50,593 nt of DNA from Microcoleaceae cyanobacterium (GTDB taxonomy: Bacteria; Cyanobacteriota; Cyanobacteriia; Cyanobacteriales; Microcoleaceae). Shown piece after piece: positions 7,377 through 18,065 of the stretch (positions within the stretch are counted from its first letter, which is position 1; each line of letters opens with the position of its first letter). The notes under the pieces were generated by a model. That model made no database searches. It worked only from the letters and a program-made list of their open reading frames with translations, and was not told where the DNA came from. The position numbers were made by a program, and so were the translations under genes. Location of the stretch: NCBI GenBank assembly GCA_051652765.1, contig JBOFUV010000050.1, positions 1 through 50,593 on the forward strand, given 5' to 3'.

Positions 7377-8156
7377 TCAAGAGAGTGATCCTAAAGCTGT
7401 TGCAACTCGCTGCAATACATTTAAGGCTTTCCAAGATCCTTGGATTAATTGAGCTGCTGCAAGGGGCTGCTGGATCAAAGTTGCCAACAATGGCAAAGGT
7501 TGAAGGGTGCCATTGCGACTGATAGCAGCATTTAAATCCGGTAAATTCTGATCCCACTCATCACTCACCACCCGCAGAATTGTGCCAGCAACTCCCCATG
7601 AATTGAGGATGTCTAGAACCGTAAAGCCCTCCATATCGACCACATCAACTTTGTGAATCGGCAGGTAAGTCTCGTAAAGTTGCCGCTTTTCCAGGGCTGA
7701 ACAAATGACGCGATCGCTCGTAAAACCATTAACGAGATGAGAACTGTATGTTTGAGCAGAAGTTGTTCTGAGTGGTTCATGAATTGCTGCATGAATTGCC
7801 TGGGTTAAGGTCTGATCACACGTTCTCATTTGCGAGGAAGAGGGACAGGTTCCAGTGATACAACTCTGATAAACCCCAACCTCTCCAAGATGAAGGTCAG
7901 GAGAGAGACTCCCACACACTCCCATTAACAGAACGTTCGAGGGCAAAGTTTCACTCCGACAAGATTTGAGCCATGTTGTCAAAAATTGAGGGAGTGCCTC
8001 AGATCCAATTGGAATAGGAACAAGGTTCCATTCAGATGAACGGGCTAACGAACGGACTGAATAAAAGCCTCGAACAACAGCTTTATACTCAGCCCCTTGA
8101 GGAACCAGAATCGTATTGATTGGATGATCCTCAAGGAACCGATTCACGGGATTCAC
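7377..8156 (-). CDS. Nucleoside phosphorylase/MTA-nucleosidase-like protein
   Basis: VPQGAEYKAV start, MGVCGSL, VVDMEG and LRVVSD motifs of the PNP_UDP superfamily. Confidence 0.7.
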   Translation of the reverse strand: MNPVNRFLEDHPINTILVPQGAEYKAVVRGFYSVRSLARSSEWNLVPIPIGSEALPQFLTTWLKSCRSETLPSNVLLMGVCGSLSPDLHLGEVGVYQSCITGTCPSSSQMRTCDQTLTQAIHAAIHEPLRTTSAQTYSSHLVNGFTSDRVICSALEKRQLYETYLPIHKVDVVDMEGFTVLDILNSWGVAGTILRVVSDEWDQNLPDLNAAISRNGTLQPLPLLATLIQQPLAAAQLIQGSWKALNVLQRVATALGSLS

Positions 8157-8169
8157 TGTGCTTCTGACC

Positions 8170-9663
8170 TTACACTTCAGCCGGATGTTCTAGCATCAGC
8201 TTAGAACGCTTCACCTGTTCAGGCACATCAATCGGGTAGTTCCCCGTAAAACAGGCAGAACAGAAGTGATTCGGGTCATCTTGCGTAGCCGCTAACATTC
8301 CCTCCCAACTCAGGTAGGCGAGGGAGTCAACTCCCAGATGTTCGGCAATCTCCCCCACAGACTTGCGCGCGGCAATCAATTGATCTTGAGTATCCGTGTC
8401 AATCCCATAGAAACAGGGGTGAGTCACCGGAGGAGAGGAAATTCGCATGTGTATCTCTGCCGCTCCAGAATCCTGCAAGGCTTGCACAATCTTTTTGCTG
8501 GTTGTACCCCGAACGATGGAGTCATCCACCATGATCACTCGTTTGCCTTCCAAAACATCTTTGAGCGGATTTAACTTCATGCGGATGCCTGCTTCCCGCA
8601 TTCCCTGGGTGGGTTGAATAAACGTGCGGCCCACATAGCGATTTTTAATTAAACCTTCAGCGTAGGGAATTCCTGAGCCTTGAGAGTAACCAATGGCGGC
8701 TGGAATCCCAGAATCAGGAACGCCGATCACCATATCTGCTTCAACCGGAGATTCTTGAGCCAAGACCTTGCCAATTCGCAAGCGATAACTGTAGAGGGTT
8801 TCCCCCTGAAAAATGCTATCCGGGCGAGCAAAGTAAATCATCTCAAAGATACAGAGCTTGCGTGCAGGTTTCTGACTCCAATGGAAAGAGGCTAACCCTG
8901 CTTCCGTGATCCAAACCAACTCTCCTGGTTCCACATCCCGCAGATAGTCAGCCCCAATAATATCTAACCCACAGGTTTCAGAGGCCAGAACGTACCGCGT
9001 TTTATTAGTTTCATGATTGTCCAATGTGCCAATCACCAGCGGTCGAACCCCATGCAGATCCCGCGCCCCAATCATGCCAACGGAGGTACCAATCACCAGA
9101 CTAAAGGCCCCATCACACAGGTTGAATGCACTCACACAAGCCGCCAGCCAATCCTTTCCCCGTTCAACTTCCGAGGCGATCGCCAAAGCAATCAGTTCTG
9201 TATCGGTGGTGGTCACAAAACTACAGTGACGGCGGGTCAACTCTTCTCGCAGACTCACCACATTAACCAAGTTACCATTGTGGGCAACGGCAACAGACCC
9301 CAATCGGCTTTGGGCGATCGCGGGTTGAGCATTGGCGACTCGACTTGATCCAGTGGTGGAATAGCGAGTATGACCGACCGCTAGATCCCCCGGAAGTTGG
9401 CTCAAGACAGCCTCATTAAAAACCTGAGACACCAAACCCATGCCCTTGTGCAGATGTAGGATCTCTCCCGCAAACGTAGCAATTCCTGCAGATTCTTGGC
9501 CTCGGTGTTGTAGCGCGTAGAGACCAAAGTAAGCCAACTTAGCAACATCTTCCCCAGGAGCATAGACTCCAAAAACACCACAAGCCTCTTCAGGCTTATC
9601 AGGGCGGACTGTAGAAGTAGATGCAATCTCTGGTTCAAGGGGGAAGGAATCATTTGGCATCAT
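8170..9663 (-). CDS. purF: Amidophosphoribosyltransferase
   Basis: EACGVFG (catalytic Cys), QHRGQES, GHTRYST, VDDSIVRGTT, CSACFTG. Confidence 0.98.
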   Translation of the reverse strand: MMPNDSFPLEPEIASTSTVRPDKPEEACGVFGVYAPGEDVAKLAYFGLYALQHRGQESAGIATFAGEILHLHKGMGLVSQVFNEAVLSQLPGDLAVGHTRYSTTGSSRVANAQPAIAQSRLGSVAVAHNGNLVNVVSLREELTRRHCSFVTTTDTELIALAIASEVERGKDWLAACVSAFNLCDGAFSLVIGTSVGMIGARDLHGVRPLVIGTLDNHETNKTRYVLASETCGLDIIGADYLRDVEPGELVWITEAGLASFHWSQKPARKLCIFEMIYFARPDSIFQGETLYSYRLRIGKVLAQESPVEADMVIGVPDSGIPAAIGYSQGSGIPYAEGLIKNRYVGRTFIQPTQGMREAGIRMKLNPLKDVLEGKRVIMVDDSIVRGTTSKKIVQALQDSGAAEIHMRISSPPVTHPCFYGIDTDTQDQLIAARKSVGEIAEHLGVDSLAYLSWEGMLAATQDDPNHFCSACFTGNYPIDVPEQVKRSKLMLEHPAEV

Positions 9664-9870
9664 GGTATACCTGGGTTTCTCCTGTTGTAATCAGCGGGTA
9701 GTTAAGAGTCGGGAAGCGAGAATTTAACTAACAACGGGGTTGCGTTTTTGTGACGTTACTTAATATTCTAACAATTTCACTTCAGTCTCTCCCTTAACTG
9801 TAACCTGGATTACAATCATCCGGAGCCAATGCTTGCTCTGGTGCTTACACCGTCTTTCTGGATGTCAATT

Positions 9871-12285
9871 TCAAACGCCACTCATTCGCCGCTCAATGGC
9901 GTTAAGGTAACGGTCTTCTATTTCATCGAGAGAGGCTTCTATCAGAACTAGATCCGCTCCAGCCAGGATTTTCAAGGACGCTGTTGATGCTTCAACCTTG
10001 CCTACAGGATGCCAAACTTGATTCTGCTCGCCCAACTCTTGCTGTAAATACGCTTCCCAAAGTAGTTGATCCTCAGGAAGAACGGAGACCAAAATTCTTG
10101 CACCCCCTTCCCCAAACAAAATCCGATCCCAACGGCGTTGCACAAGGGACGTGATCCCAAAATTCACTGTTGCCCCCAGTTGACCACTGATGCACCCTTC
10201 AGATAGAGCGATCGCCAGTCCGCCTTCAGCACAGTCATGGGCAGACTTGATCCAACCCTGACGAATGCCTCCCCGACAAACCGCTTGAACCTTGCGTTCC
10301 AGATCGTAGTTAACCCGTGGGGGTTTTCCGGCAATCGTCTGATGAATCACTGCCAAATATTCCGAAGCATTTAGAGTGATTAACCCAGTTGCTTCCCCGT
10401 TCCCCAGGTTCCACTCCCCCACTCCCAACAGATAAATCAGATCCCCGGCAGTGCGCCAACCTTGACCACAGGTTTTGCTGATGTCTTCTACCAGGCCCAC
10501 CATGCCAACAACAGGAGTTGGGTAAATCGATTGAGGATTGCCTTCGGAGTCAAGGGTTTCATTGTAAAGAGAGACGTTACCCCCGGTAACGGGAGTGTTA
10601 AATTCCCGACAGGCATCGGCAATGCCCCGACAGGATTCTGCCAATTGCCAGTAACCTATCGGTTTCTCTGGACTGCCGAAGTTTAAGTTATCCGTCACCG
10701 CGATCGGCTCGGCCCCAACACAGCTTAGGTTCCGAGCCGCCTCTGCCACTACAGCCTTTGCCCCTTCAAAGGGATCGAGATAGACATAGCGAGAATTACA
10801 GTCCACTGTCGCTGCCACACCTCGTTCAAATGCCTTCCTTGGCAAGGGGGGTTGAGGGGGAATTTGAGGGTTTAAGCCAGGTTGGAATGACTCAACTGGT
10901 CGCAACCGCATTACCGCTGCATCTGCTCCTCCCGGAAGCATCACAGTATTGTTCTGAACTTGATGATCGTATTGGCGATAGACCCACCGCTTTGAGGCGA
11001 TCGTTGGCGTGTCTAACAGGGTCAGTAACACCTGATTCCAGGTCTGAAATTCTGTGCCCACAAACACGCCGGAAACCGTGCAGGGAGGTAGCAAGTCCTC
11101 TGTCCATTGCCAAGCCTGTTGAGCATATTCAGGGGGCTCTACCAATAGTTCCCGATGGTAAATTGGGGTGTTATCGGCCAAAGCTGTTGCTGGAATTTCC
11201 GCAGCAATTTCTCCCTGGAACCAAATCCGCACAATCGGTTCCTCAATCACCGTTCCAGCTACAACGGCTTGTAGCCCCCATTTGTAAAAAATATCAATTA
11301 ATTCCTGTTCCCGACCCTTTTGCCCAACAAATAACATTCGTTCCTGGGATTCTGAGAGTAAATATTCATAGGGAACCATCCCCGTTTCCCGCACCGGAAT
11401 CTTGTCTAAATCCAGGTCAATACCAACGCCACCTTTCGCTGCCATTTCCGAGGTAGAACAGGTAATCCCAGCCGCTCCCATATCTTGAGCCGCTACTACC
11501 GCGCCGGTTTTGAACGCTTCCAGACAGGCTTCTACCAGGGATTTTTCTAAAAAGGGATCACCGACTTGTACCGCAGGCCGATCGGCCATGGACTCGTCAC
11601 TCAGTTCTGCACTGGCGAAACTGGCTCCTCCCATGCCATCACGCCCCGTTGTCGAACCCACGTACAACACGGGGTTGCCAATACCTGATGCCCCAGATTT
11701 GACAATGTCTTCAGTCTCCATTAGGCCAATCGCCATGGCATTCACTAAGGGATTCCCGCTGTAGGCGGCATCAAAGTAAACCTCACCTCCCACAGTCGGA
11801 ACCCCGAAACAGTTGCCATAGTGAGAGATTCCCCCGACAACGCCTTGAAAGATTTGACGGGTGCGGGCATCGTCTAGGGAACCGAACCGCAACGAGTTCA
11901 ATACGGCAATGGGACGGGCTCCCATGGTAAAGATATCCCGCAGGATTCCTCCAACTCCTGTTGCCGCTCCCTGAAACGGCTCCACGGCAGAGGGATGATT
12001 GTGAGATTCAATCTTGAAGGCAAGTCGCAAGCCATCGCCAAAATCTACCACCCCGGCATTCTCTCCGGGACCCACCAGAACCCGTTCCCCCGTTGTTGGA
12101 AACTGTTTGAGCAAGGGTCGAGAGTTCTTGTAGCAGCAGTGTTCGCTCCACATCACCCCAAACATTCCCAGTTCGGCTTTGTTGGGATGGCGACCCAAAC
12201 GGTTAACAATTTCTATGTATTCATCGGGCTTCAAACCCTCATCGGCAATTTCTTCGGGGGAGAACGGACAGGGGGTGACAGACAT
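9871..12285 (-). CDS. purL: Phosphoribosylformylglycinamidine synthase subunit PurL
   Basis: [39 protein letters not shown]. Confidence 0.98.
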   Translation of the reverse strand: MSVTPCPFSPEEIADEGLKPDEYIEIVNRLGRHPNKAELGMFGVMWSEHCCYKNSRPLLKQFPTTGERVLVGPGENAGVVDFGDGLRLAFKIESHNHPSAVEPFQGAATGVGGILRDIFTMGARPIAVLNSLRFGSLDDARTRQIFQGVVGGISHYGNCFGVPTVGGEVYFDAAYSGNPLVNAMAIGLMETEDIVKSGASGIGNPVLYVGSTTGRDGMGGASFASAELSDESMADRPAVQVGDPFLEKSLVEACLEAFKTGAVVAAQDMGAAGITCSTSEMAAKGGVGIDLDLDKIPVRETGMVPYEYLLSESQERMLFVGQKGREQELIDIFYKWGLQAVVAGTVIEEPIVRIWFQGEIAAEIPATALADNTPIYHRELLVEPPEYAQQAWQWTEDLLPPCTVSGVFVGTEFQTWNQVLLTLLDTPTIASKRWVYRQYDHQVQNNTVMLPGGADAAVMRLRPVESFQPGLNPQIPPQPPLPRKAFERGVAATVDCNSRYVYLDPFEGAKAVVAEAARNLSCVGAEPIAVTDNLNFGSPEKPIGYWQLAESCRGIADACREFNTPVTGGNVSLYNETLDSEGNPQSIYPTPVVGMVGLVEDISKTCGQGWRTAGDLIYLLGVGEWNLGNGEATGLITLNASEYLAVIHQTIAGKPPRVNYDLERKVQAVCRGGIRQGWIKSAHDCAEGGLAIALSEGCISGQLGATVNFGITSLVQRRWDRILFGEGGARILVSVLPEDQLLWEAYLQQELGEQNQVWHPVGKVEASTASLKILAGADLVLIEASLDEIEDRYLNAIERRMSGV

Positions 12286-12998
12286 GGTTCGTTAACTTGT
12301 TCAGCAGCCCTATTTTATAGCAAGGGTTGCTGGTCTCTGCCGTTTGGGGGGTTGTGATTACGACTGGATTAAGACGGTTGGGCTTGGCGATCGCTGGCTT
12401 CACAAATCTTATTCCGTTCCTCGGCCCATTTTTGGGAGCGATTCCAGCTTGAATTATTACCTTAGCAAAAGGCGGGTTTTTAGTGGTTTGGGTGTTGTTG
12501 CTGTATGCCTTTGTCCAAAATGTAGAAGCCTACAGTCTCGATCCCTGATTGGTGGGAAGCTCCGTTGGGGTTCATCCTCTATTTCAGTTCCTCTCGGTTG
12601 TGGGAGGGGTTCAAGGTTTAGGTATTCTTGGCGCATTTGTTCCGCCGTGGTTTGCTGGAGCTGCCGCTCTCGTTGAAAATTTGTACTTGTAGCCTAAACT
12701 TCAAGAAGAGCAGAGACAGAAGGCAATTCTCAGCCAAGAGTTGGCAGTTCCTTGAGAATAACAGGCAAATTCCTAGAACCGAATTTCACCTGTGGCAAAA
12801 TAGGATACAGGAAAGTTTGATCTTGACCAGAATCGTTCTCCGACTGCTCAACTCTGATTTTTAGGGAAGGGCTATGATTGGGGATTCTAGTGATTTATCG
12901 GTTCGATTCGATTGCTTTACTTTGCCCATTACAGAATCAGATAATCCTGGTTATCTTAAAGGAACTAGAACTTCAGCCTCCTGTGGCTCTTTGAAATA

Positions 12999-15900
12999 AT
13001 GCATCCTTGGCTCCAACGTCAACTTGATCAGCTCAATCTCACTCAGCAGATGTTGCCATCTGACCCCTCGGCTTGGCAAGAATTTTTAGAACAAGTGAGT
13101 CGCAGTTACCGAGAGGCGGAGCAAGCTGCAGGTTTGATAGAGCAGGATGGAAGGGAGCAAGCATCAACAGCGCGATCGCCCGACCTAGAGGTTCAACAGT
13201 CGCTCTCATTATTACAGGCCACGTTCAACGCCACGGATGCTGGGATTTTGGCCCTAGATAAAGCAGGAGAGGTCTGCAATTTTAATCGGAAATTTGTTGA
13301 TCTCTGGCAGATTCCAGAGTCCATGTTAACTCACCCTCAAGGGCAGTCTGTCCTGGCATTTGTCCTGCGCCAACTGAGATATCCGCCTCAATTTCTCAAA
13401 ACGGTTATGCGCCTCTCGGCTGAGCCTCAGATCCCCACCTATGACATTGTGGAATTTAGAGATAGCCGCACCTTTGAGGTCTCCTCTCATCCCTCTAAAA
13501 TTGGCGAGAAGCTGGTTGGACGGGTTTGGAGTTTCCGAGATGTGACCGAACGTCGGCGGGTCGAACGGGCTTTACAACATCGCGTAGACTTTGAACAATT
13601 AATTACCAGTCTCTCAACTCACTTTATTAGCTTGAGTACTGACGGAATTGATCAAGGCATTCAAGAAGCTCTAGAAAAAATCAGCAAGTTCATTGGCGTG
13701 AGTCGAGGCTTTCTTTATCTATTTGCCGACTCTAGTGCATTGGACTCCATCGTCTCAACCAACATCTCAGCAAGAACCTGCTATGAGTGGCTAGCCCCAA
13801 TCAAAACATCTGACTTAAAACTGTCTGAGCCGACTTCGGAATTTTCAAGAAACTCTGCAACTCCTCAAGAGCGATTGATCCGAGTCATTGAAAACCGAAT
13901 TCAGATTATGTCCAACGTATTGATGCCCACGACGGTGCCTTGGATTATTCAGCAATTGGGTCAACTACAAAGCATTTGTCTGCCCAACAGTGATATTGCT
14001 GATGCTGCCCACCGCGACCTGTTGACCCTGAGTCAGTTTCATCCCTCTAATCACCAATCCGCTTATAGCCAAGCCCATTCTTCCCAAGACATCCGGTTCC
14101 TGATCCTCATTCCCTTAGTCTGTCGCCAATCTCTAGTCGGATTTCTGCGATTTGATGCGACCCACTCTAGCTATAGCTGGTCATCTGACAATATCAGTTT
14201 GCTCAAAATGGTTGCAGAAATGTTCTCAAACACCCTGGAGCGGCAGCGAACGGAGGAAGCCCTGCGACGAACCGAGGCTAAATACCGTAGTATTTTTGAA
14301 AACGCCGCAGAAGGGATTTGTCAAACTACCCCTCAAGGTCAATACTTAAGCGCAAACCCAGCTCTAGCGAGGATCTTGGGATATCAGTCTCCCGAGGACT
14401 TGATGCAAACCCTGTCTGACATTAGTCAGCAACTCTACGTTAAACCCAATCAACGGGCTGAATTCATTCAGAAAATTCAGGCTGAAGGCGCGGTATCTGG
14501 GTTTGAGTCCCAGGTCTATCGCAAGGATGGCAGCCTCATTTGGATCTCGGAGAACTCTCGGGCCGTTCATGATCGAACTGGACAAATTCTCTGCTACGAA
14601 GGCACGGTTGAAGATATTACCCAGAGTAAACAGGCCGCAGAAGCGTTAAAACAGGCGAAGGAATCTGCAATTGCTGCGAGCCGAGCCAAGAGTACCTTTT
14701 TAGCCAATATGAGCCATGAACTGCGAACCCCCTTGAATGCGATCATTGGTTATAGCGAAATCCTGGCCGAGGAAGTCGCCGACTTGGGATACACCGATCT
14801 GGTTCCTGATTTAGAACGCATCTGCTCCGCAGGACGGGATCTTCTCGCCTTAATCAACGATATTCTCGATATTTCCAAGATTGAAGCGGGCCGGATGGAC
14901 TTGTATCTAGAAACCTTCAGTATTCCCAGTCTGATTGAACTGGTCATATCAACGGCCCAACCCCTAGTGGATCGAAACGGGAATACCCTAACGGTGGAAT
15001 GGGACGACCAGGTGTCCACGATGCAGGCTGATATGACAAAGGTTCGGCAAATTTTGCTGAATCTGCTCAGTAACGCCGCAAAGTTTACCACAGCGGGCCA
15101 AATTCACTTAAAAGCTGAAGTTTGTCTACTGTCCCTCCCGCAGGTTGAGACTAGGGATGAGACTGTTGAAAGCATTCCCCAAGCCTGTATTCGCTTTCAG
15201 GTGAGTGACACCGGGATTGGCATGAGCCTAGACCAACAGGATCTATTGTTCCAGCCCTTTACCCAAGGCGATGCCTCTATGACTCGACGCTATGGAGGAA
15301 CGGGGTTAGGTCTGGCCATTAGTCAGCGATTTTGTCAAATGATGGGGGGATGTATTCTGGCGGAAAGTCAACTCGGTCAAGGGTCAACCTTTACCGTGAT
15401 TTTGCCCCAGACCGTTATCTCTAGAACTTCAGAAGAGGAGGCTTCTAGGATTTTGATCTCCTCTGAACACCTAGAAACTGATATCAGCCCAGACTTACCT
15501 GCATTCACAGACCTGCTTGAAGCAAACAACTCTCCATCCAAAACTGTTCTGGTGATTGATGATGATCCAGTGTCACGGGACTTGGTGGTGCGATCGCTGA
15601 GTCAAGTTGGATTGCAAGCCATCATCGCAACGACTGGAGAAGAAGGGCTGCACTACGCCCAGAAGTACAGTCCTGATGTGATCACCCTGGATATTATGAT
15701 GCCCAGCATGGATGGGTGGACTGTGCTTTCGGCCCTCAAAGCCAACCCCCAACTGGCTGAGATCCCGGTCATCGTACTGTCTTTTGTCGGGGATAGGGCC
15801 AGGGGATTTGCGCTTGGAGCCTCCGACTACTTGTCAAAACCAGTCGATAGGAAACGGTTGGCAACCCTGGTGAGCAGGCATCAACGCCTTAGAGACTACC

Positions 15901-16355
15901 CTCAGTCTGATGCTTCTCCAGGGGAGATTCTCATCGTTGAGGATCACAAGGACACTTCCCGCTTACTGCGGGGGATTCTAGAGCAGGATGGCTGGCAGGT
16001 TGTAGAGGCAGAGGACGGGCAAGTTGCCCTAAACTATTTAAAGCAGAAACAGTTAACCCAGACCCAACCGAGGTTGATTTTACTGGATTTAATCTTGCCT
16101 CAGATGAGTGGTTGTGAACTCATCGCTGAATTGCGGCAAGTTCCAGATTGGGCAAAAATTCCTGTCATTGTCACAACTGCCATGGATCTTACTGTTTCAG
16201 AACAGTCTCAGTTACGAGCATCGGTTGAGCAGGTTCTTCAAAAAGGCAGCTATAGCAGTAGCGAGCTGTTAGAGGAAGTTCATCAGTTGATTCGAGCGAC
16301 CTTAGAACCCCTGTCTTGGGTTGCTCCCCAGATCAACTCCGAATTTAAACCCTGA
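12999..16355 (+). CDS. Hybrid sensor histidine kinase (PAS-GAF-like-PAS-HisKA-HATPase-REC-REC)
   Basis: FLANMSHELRTPLN, NLLSNAAKF, DTGIG, GGTGLGL, and two receiver domains (VIDDD...LDIMMP; IVED...LDLILP). Confidence 0.93.
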   Translation: MHPWLQRQLDQLNLTQQMLPSDPSAWQEFLEQVSRSYREAEQAAGLIEQDGREQASTARSPDLEVQQSLSLLQATFNATDAGILALDKAGEVCNFNRKFVDLWQIPESMLTHPQGQSVLAFVLRQLRYPPQFLKTVMRLSAEPQIPTYDIVEFRDSRTFEVSSHPSKIGEKLVGRVWSFRDVTERRRVERALQHRVDFEQLITSLSTHFISLSTDGIDQGIQEALEKISKFIGVSRGFLYLFADSSALDSIVSTNISARTCYEWLAPIKTSDLKLSEPTSEFSRNSATPQERLIRVIENRIQIMSNVLMPTTVPWIIQQLGQLQSICLPNSDIADAAHRDLLTLSQFHPSNHQSAYSQAHSSQDIRFLILIPLVCRQSLVGFLRFDATHSSYSWSSDNISLLKMVAEMFSNTLERQRTEEALRRTEAKYRSIFENAAEGICQTTPQGQYLSANPALARILGYQSPEDLMQTLSDISQQLYVKPNQRAEFIQKIQAEGAVSGFESQVYRKDGSLIWISENSRAVHDRTGQILCYEGTVEDITQSKQAAEALKQAKESAIAASRAKSTFLANMSHELRTPLNAIIGYSEILAEEVADLGYTDLVPDLERICSAGRDLLALINDILDISKIEAGRMDLYLETFSIPSLIELVISTAQPLVDRNGNTLTVEWDDQVSTMQADMTKVRQILLNLLSNAAKFTTAGQIHLKAEVCLLSLPQVETRDETVESIPQACIRFQVSDTGIGMSLDQQDLLFQPFTQGDASMTRRYGGTGLGLAISQRFCQMMGGCILAESQLGQGSTFTVILPQTVISRTSEEEASRILISSEHLETDISPDLPAFTDLLEANNSPSKTVLVIDDDPVSRDLVVRSLSQVGLQAIIATTGEEGLHYAQKYSPDVITLDIMMPSMDGWTVLSALKANPQLAEIPVIVLSFVGDRARGFALGASDYLSKPVDRKRLATLVSRHQRLRDYPQSDASPGEILIVEDHKDTSRLLRGILEQDGWQVVEAEDGQVALNYLKQKQLTQTQPRLILLDLILPQMSGCELIAELRQVPDWAKIPVIVTTAMDLTVSEQSQLRASVEQVLQKGSYSSSELLEEVHQLIRATLEPLSWVAPQINSEFKP

Positions 16356-16404
16356 TCTAGACCCTAAATCTAACCTCTGAACCCTCTATTTAAAGCTGGA
16401 GATT

Positions 16405-16782
16405 ATGGCAAAGATTCTGCTAGTTGAAGATAATGAAATGAATCGAGATATGCTAAAGCGTCGCCTTGCTCGCAAGGGATACAACGTTTTGATTGCGGTA
16501 GATGGGGCTGAAGGGGTTGAACTGACTCAACTGGAGCGACCTGATCTGATCTTGATGGACATGAGTTTGCCGGTGAAGGATGGTTGGCAGGCAACACGGG
16601 AAGTTAAAGCCAATCCTCAAACCCAGCACATTCCAATTATTGCCCTCACGGCCCACGCAATGGCGGGCGATCGCGAAAAATGTTTAGCGGCAGGATGTGA
16701 TGATTATGATACGAAGCCAGTAGAATTTCCTCGCCTGCTTGAAAAGATTGAAACCCTGCTGCAACAGGCTACAACGTCCTGA
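16405..16782 (+). CDS. Single-domain response regulator (DivK-like)
   Basis: LLVEDN, LMDMSLP, ALTAHAM, TKP. Confidence 0.93.
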   Translation: MAKILLVEDNEMNRDMLKRRLARKGYNVLIAVDGAEGVELTQLERPDLILMDMSLPVKDGWQATREVKANPQTQHIPIIALTAHAMAGDREKCLAAGCDDYDTKPVEFPRLLEKIETLLQQATTS

Positions 16783-16824
16783 TCCAAGATATTCCATGAA
16801 GGCCCCTGTTAAAAAGTTGGTTAA

Positions 16825-17862
16825 ATGAACGCTGATCCGAGCTATGTGCTAATTGTTGACGACAATGAGGTAAATCGGGATCTCCTGTCTCGTCGGGTAA
16901 AGCGTGAAGGGTATCAAGTTAAAGTTGCGGTCAATGGCTTTGAGGCCCTCGAAATGATGCAGTCTCAGGAGCCTGATTTAGTTCTTCTGGATATTATGAT
17001 GCCTGGAATGAACGGGTATCAGGTGTTAGAAACCATGAAACAAGATGTCAAACTGCGCTATGTTCCCGTGGTCATGATCTCGGCTGTCACTGACATTGAG
17101 AGTGTGATTCGATGTATTGAACTCGGAGCAGAAGACTACTTGCCCAAGCCTTTTAATCCAGTGTTACTGCGGGCTAGAATCAATGCTTGTCTCGAAAAAA
17201 AGCGCTACTTAAAGCAGCTTGCTGCTGAACAAGAAAAATCAGAGCAATTACTCTTGAATATCTTGCCAAAAGCAATTGCTGAGCGCCTAAAACGTGGCGA
17301 AAGTACAATTGCTGATAGCTTTGAAGACGTTACAGTTCTGTTTGGAGATATTACTAATTTTACTGAACTTTCAGTTGATCTTTCCCCCACAAAACTCGTG
17401 AGTATTCTCAGTCAAATTTTCTCCAAATTTGATGAACTTGCCGATAAGTACAAGCTAGAGAAAATCAAAACTTTAGGTGATGCTTACATGGTGGTGGGTG
17501 GCCTACCAACCCCGTTTCCTGAACACGTAGAGGCGATCGCAAATATGGCCTTAGAGATGCAAGCCGCTATTGGCCAGTTCAGTTTGAAACCCGGAGAACC
17601 CCTTACCATGCGAATTGGGATCAGTACGGGCCCTGTTGAAGCGGGAGTCATTGGCACGAAAAAAATTGCTTATGATCTCTGGGGAGACACGGTCAATACA
17701 GCCAATCGCATGGAATCCCATGGTGTACCGGGCAAGATCCAGGTGACAGAAATAACCTACAAACGAATTAAAGAAAAGTATATCTTTGAGGAACGGGGAC
17801 TGATTCCGATTAAAGGCAAGGGGGAGATGGCGACCTATTTTCTGATTGGGCAGAAATTTTGA
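16825..17862 (+). CDS. Receiver domain + class III adenylate/guanylate cyclase
   Basis: REC (IVDDN, LDIMMP) followed by VLFGDITNFT, KIKTLGDAYM, YDLWGDTVNTANRMES; Lys/Asp specificity residues suggest an adenylate cyclase. Confidence 0.93.
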   Translation: MNADPSYVLIVDDNEVNRDLLSRRVKREGYQVKVAVNGFEALEMMQSQEPDLVLLDIMMPGMNGYQVLETMKQDVKLRYVPVVMISAVTDIESVIRCIELGAEDYLPKPFNPVLLRARINACLEKKRYLKQLAAEQEKSEQLLLNILPKAIAERLKRGESTIADSFEDVTVLFGDITNFTELSVDLSPTKLVSILSQIFSKFDELADKYKLEKIKTLGDAYMVVGGLPTPFPEHVEAIANMALEMQAAIGQFSLKPGEPLTMRIGISTGPVEAGVIGTKKIAYDLWGDTVNTANRMESHGVPGKIQVTEITYKRIKEKYIFEERGLIPIKGKGEMATYFLIGQKF

Positions 17863-17915
17863 TTAGGCAGAAAAAGGTTCAGATATTAAGAACTGCTGTA
17901 AATCTAATTCTGGAC

Positions 17916-17945
17916 TTGACAGAATAGCCACACCCAAATTAGGAT
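17916..17945 (+). promoter_or_regulatory. Probable promoter of tRNA-Asn
   Basis: TTGACA (17916), 18-nt spacer, TAGGAT (17940), 30 bp before the tRNA. Confidence 0.6.
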
Positions 17946-17975
17946 TAATAAATGTGACTAATTGAAAAGTTGCAA

Positions 17976-18047
<72 letters not shown>

Positions 18048-18065
18048 TTGACATGGAAAAGCAAA

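Noticed and set aside
12344..12864. Small ORFs between purL and the kinase (110 aa +, 78 aa +, 59 aa - at 12457-12636)
   Set aside because: No recognisable motif; cannot be supported without homology searches.
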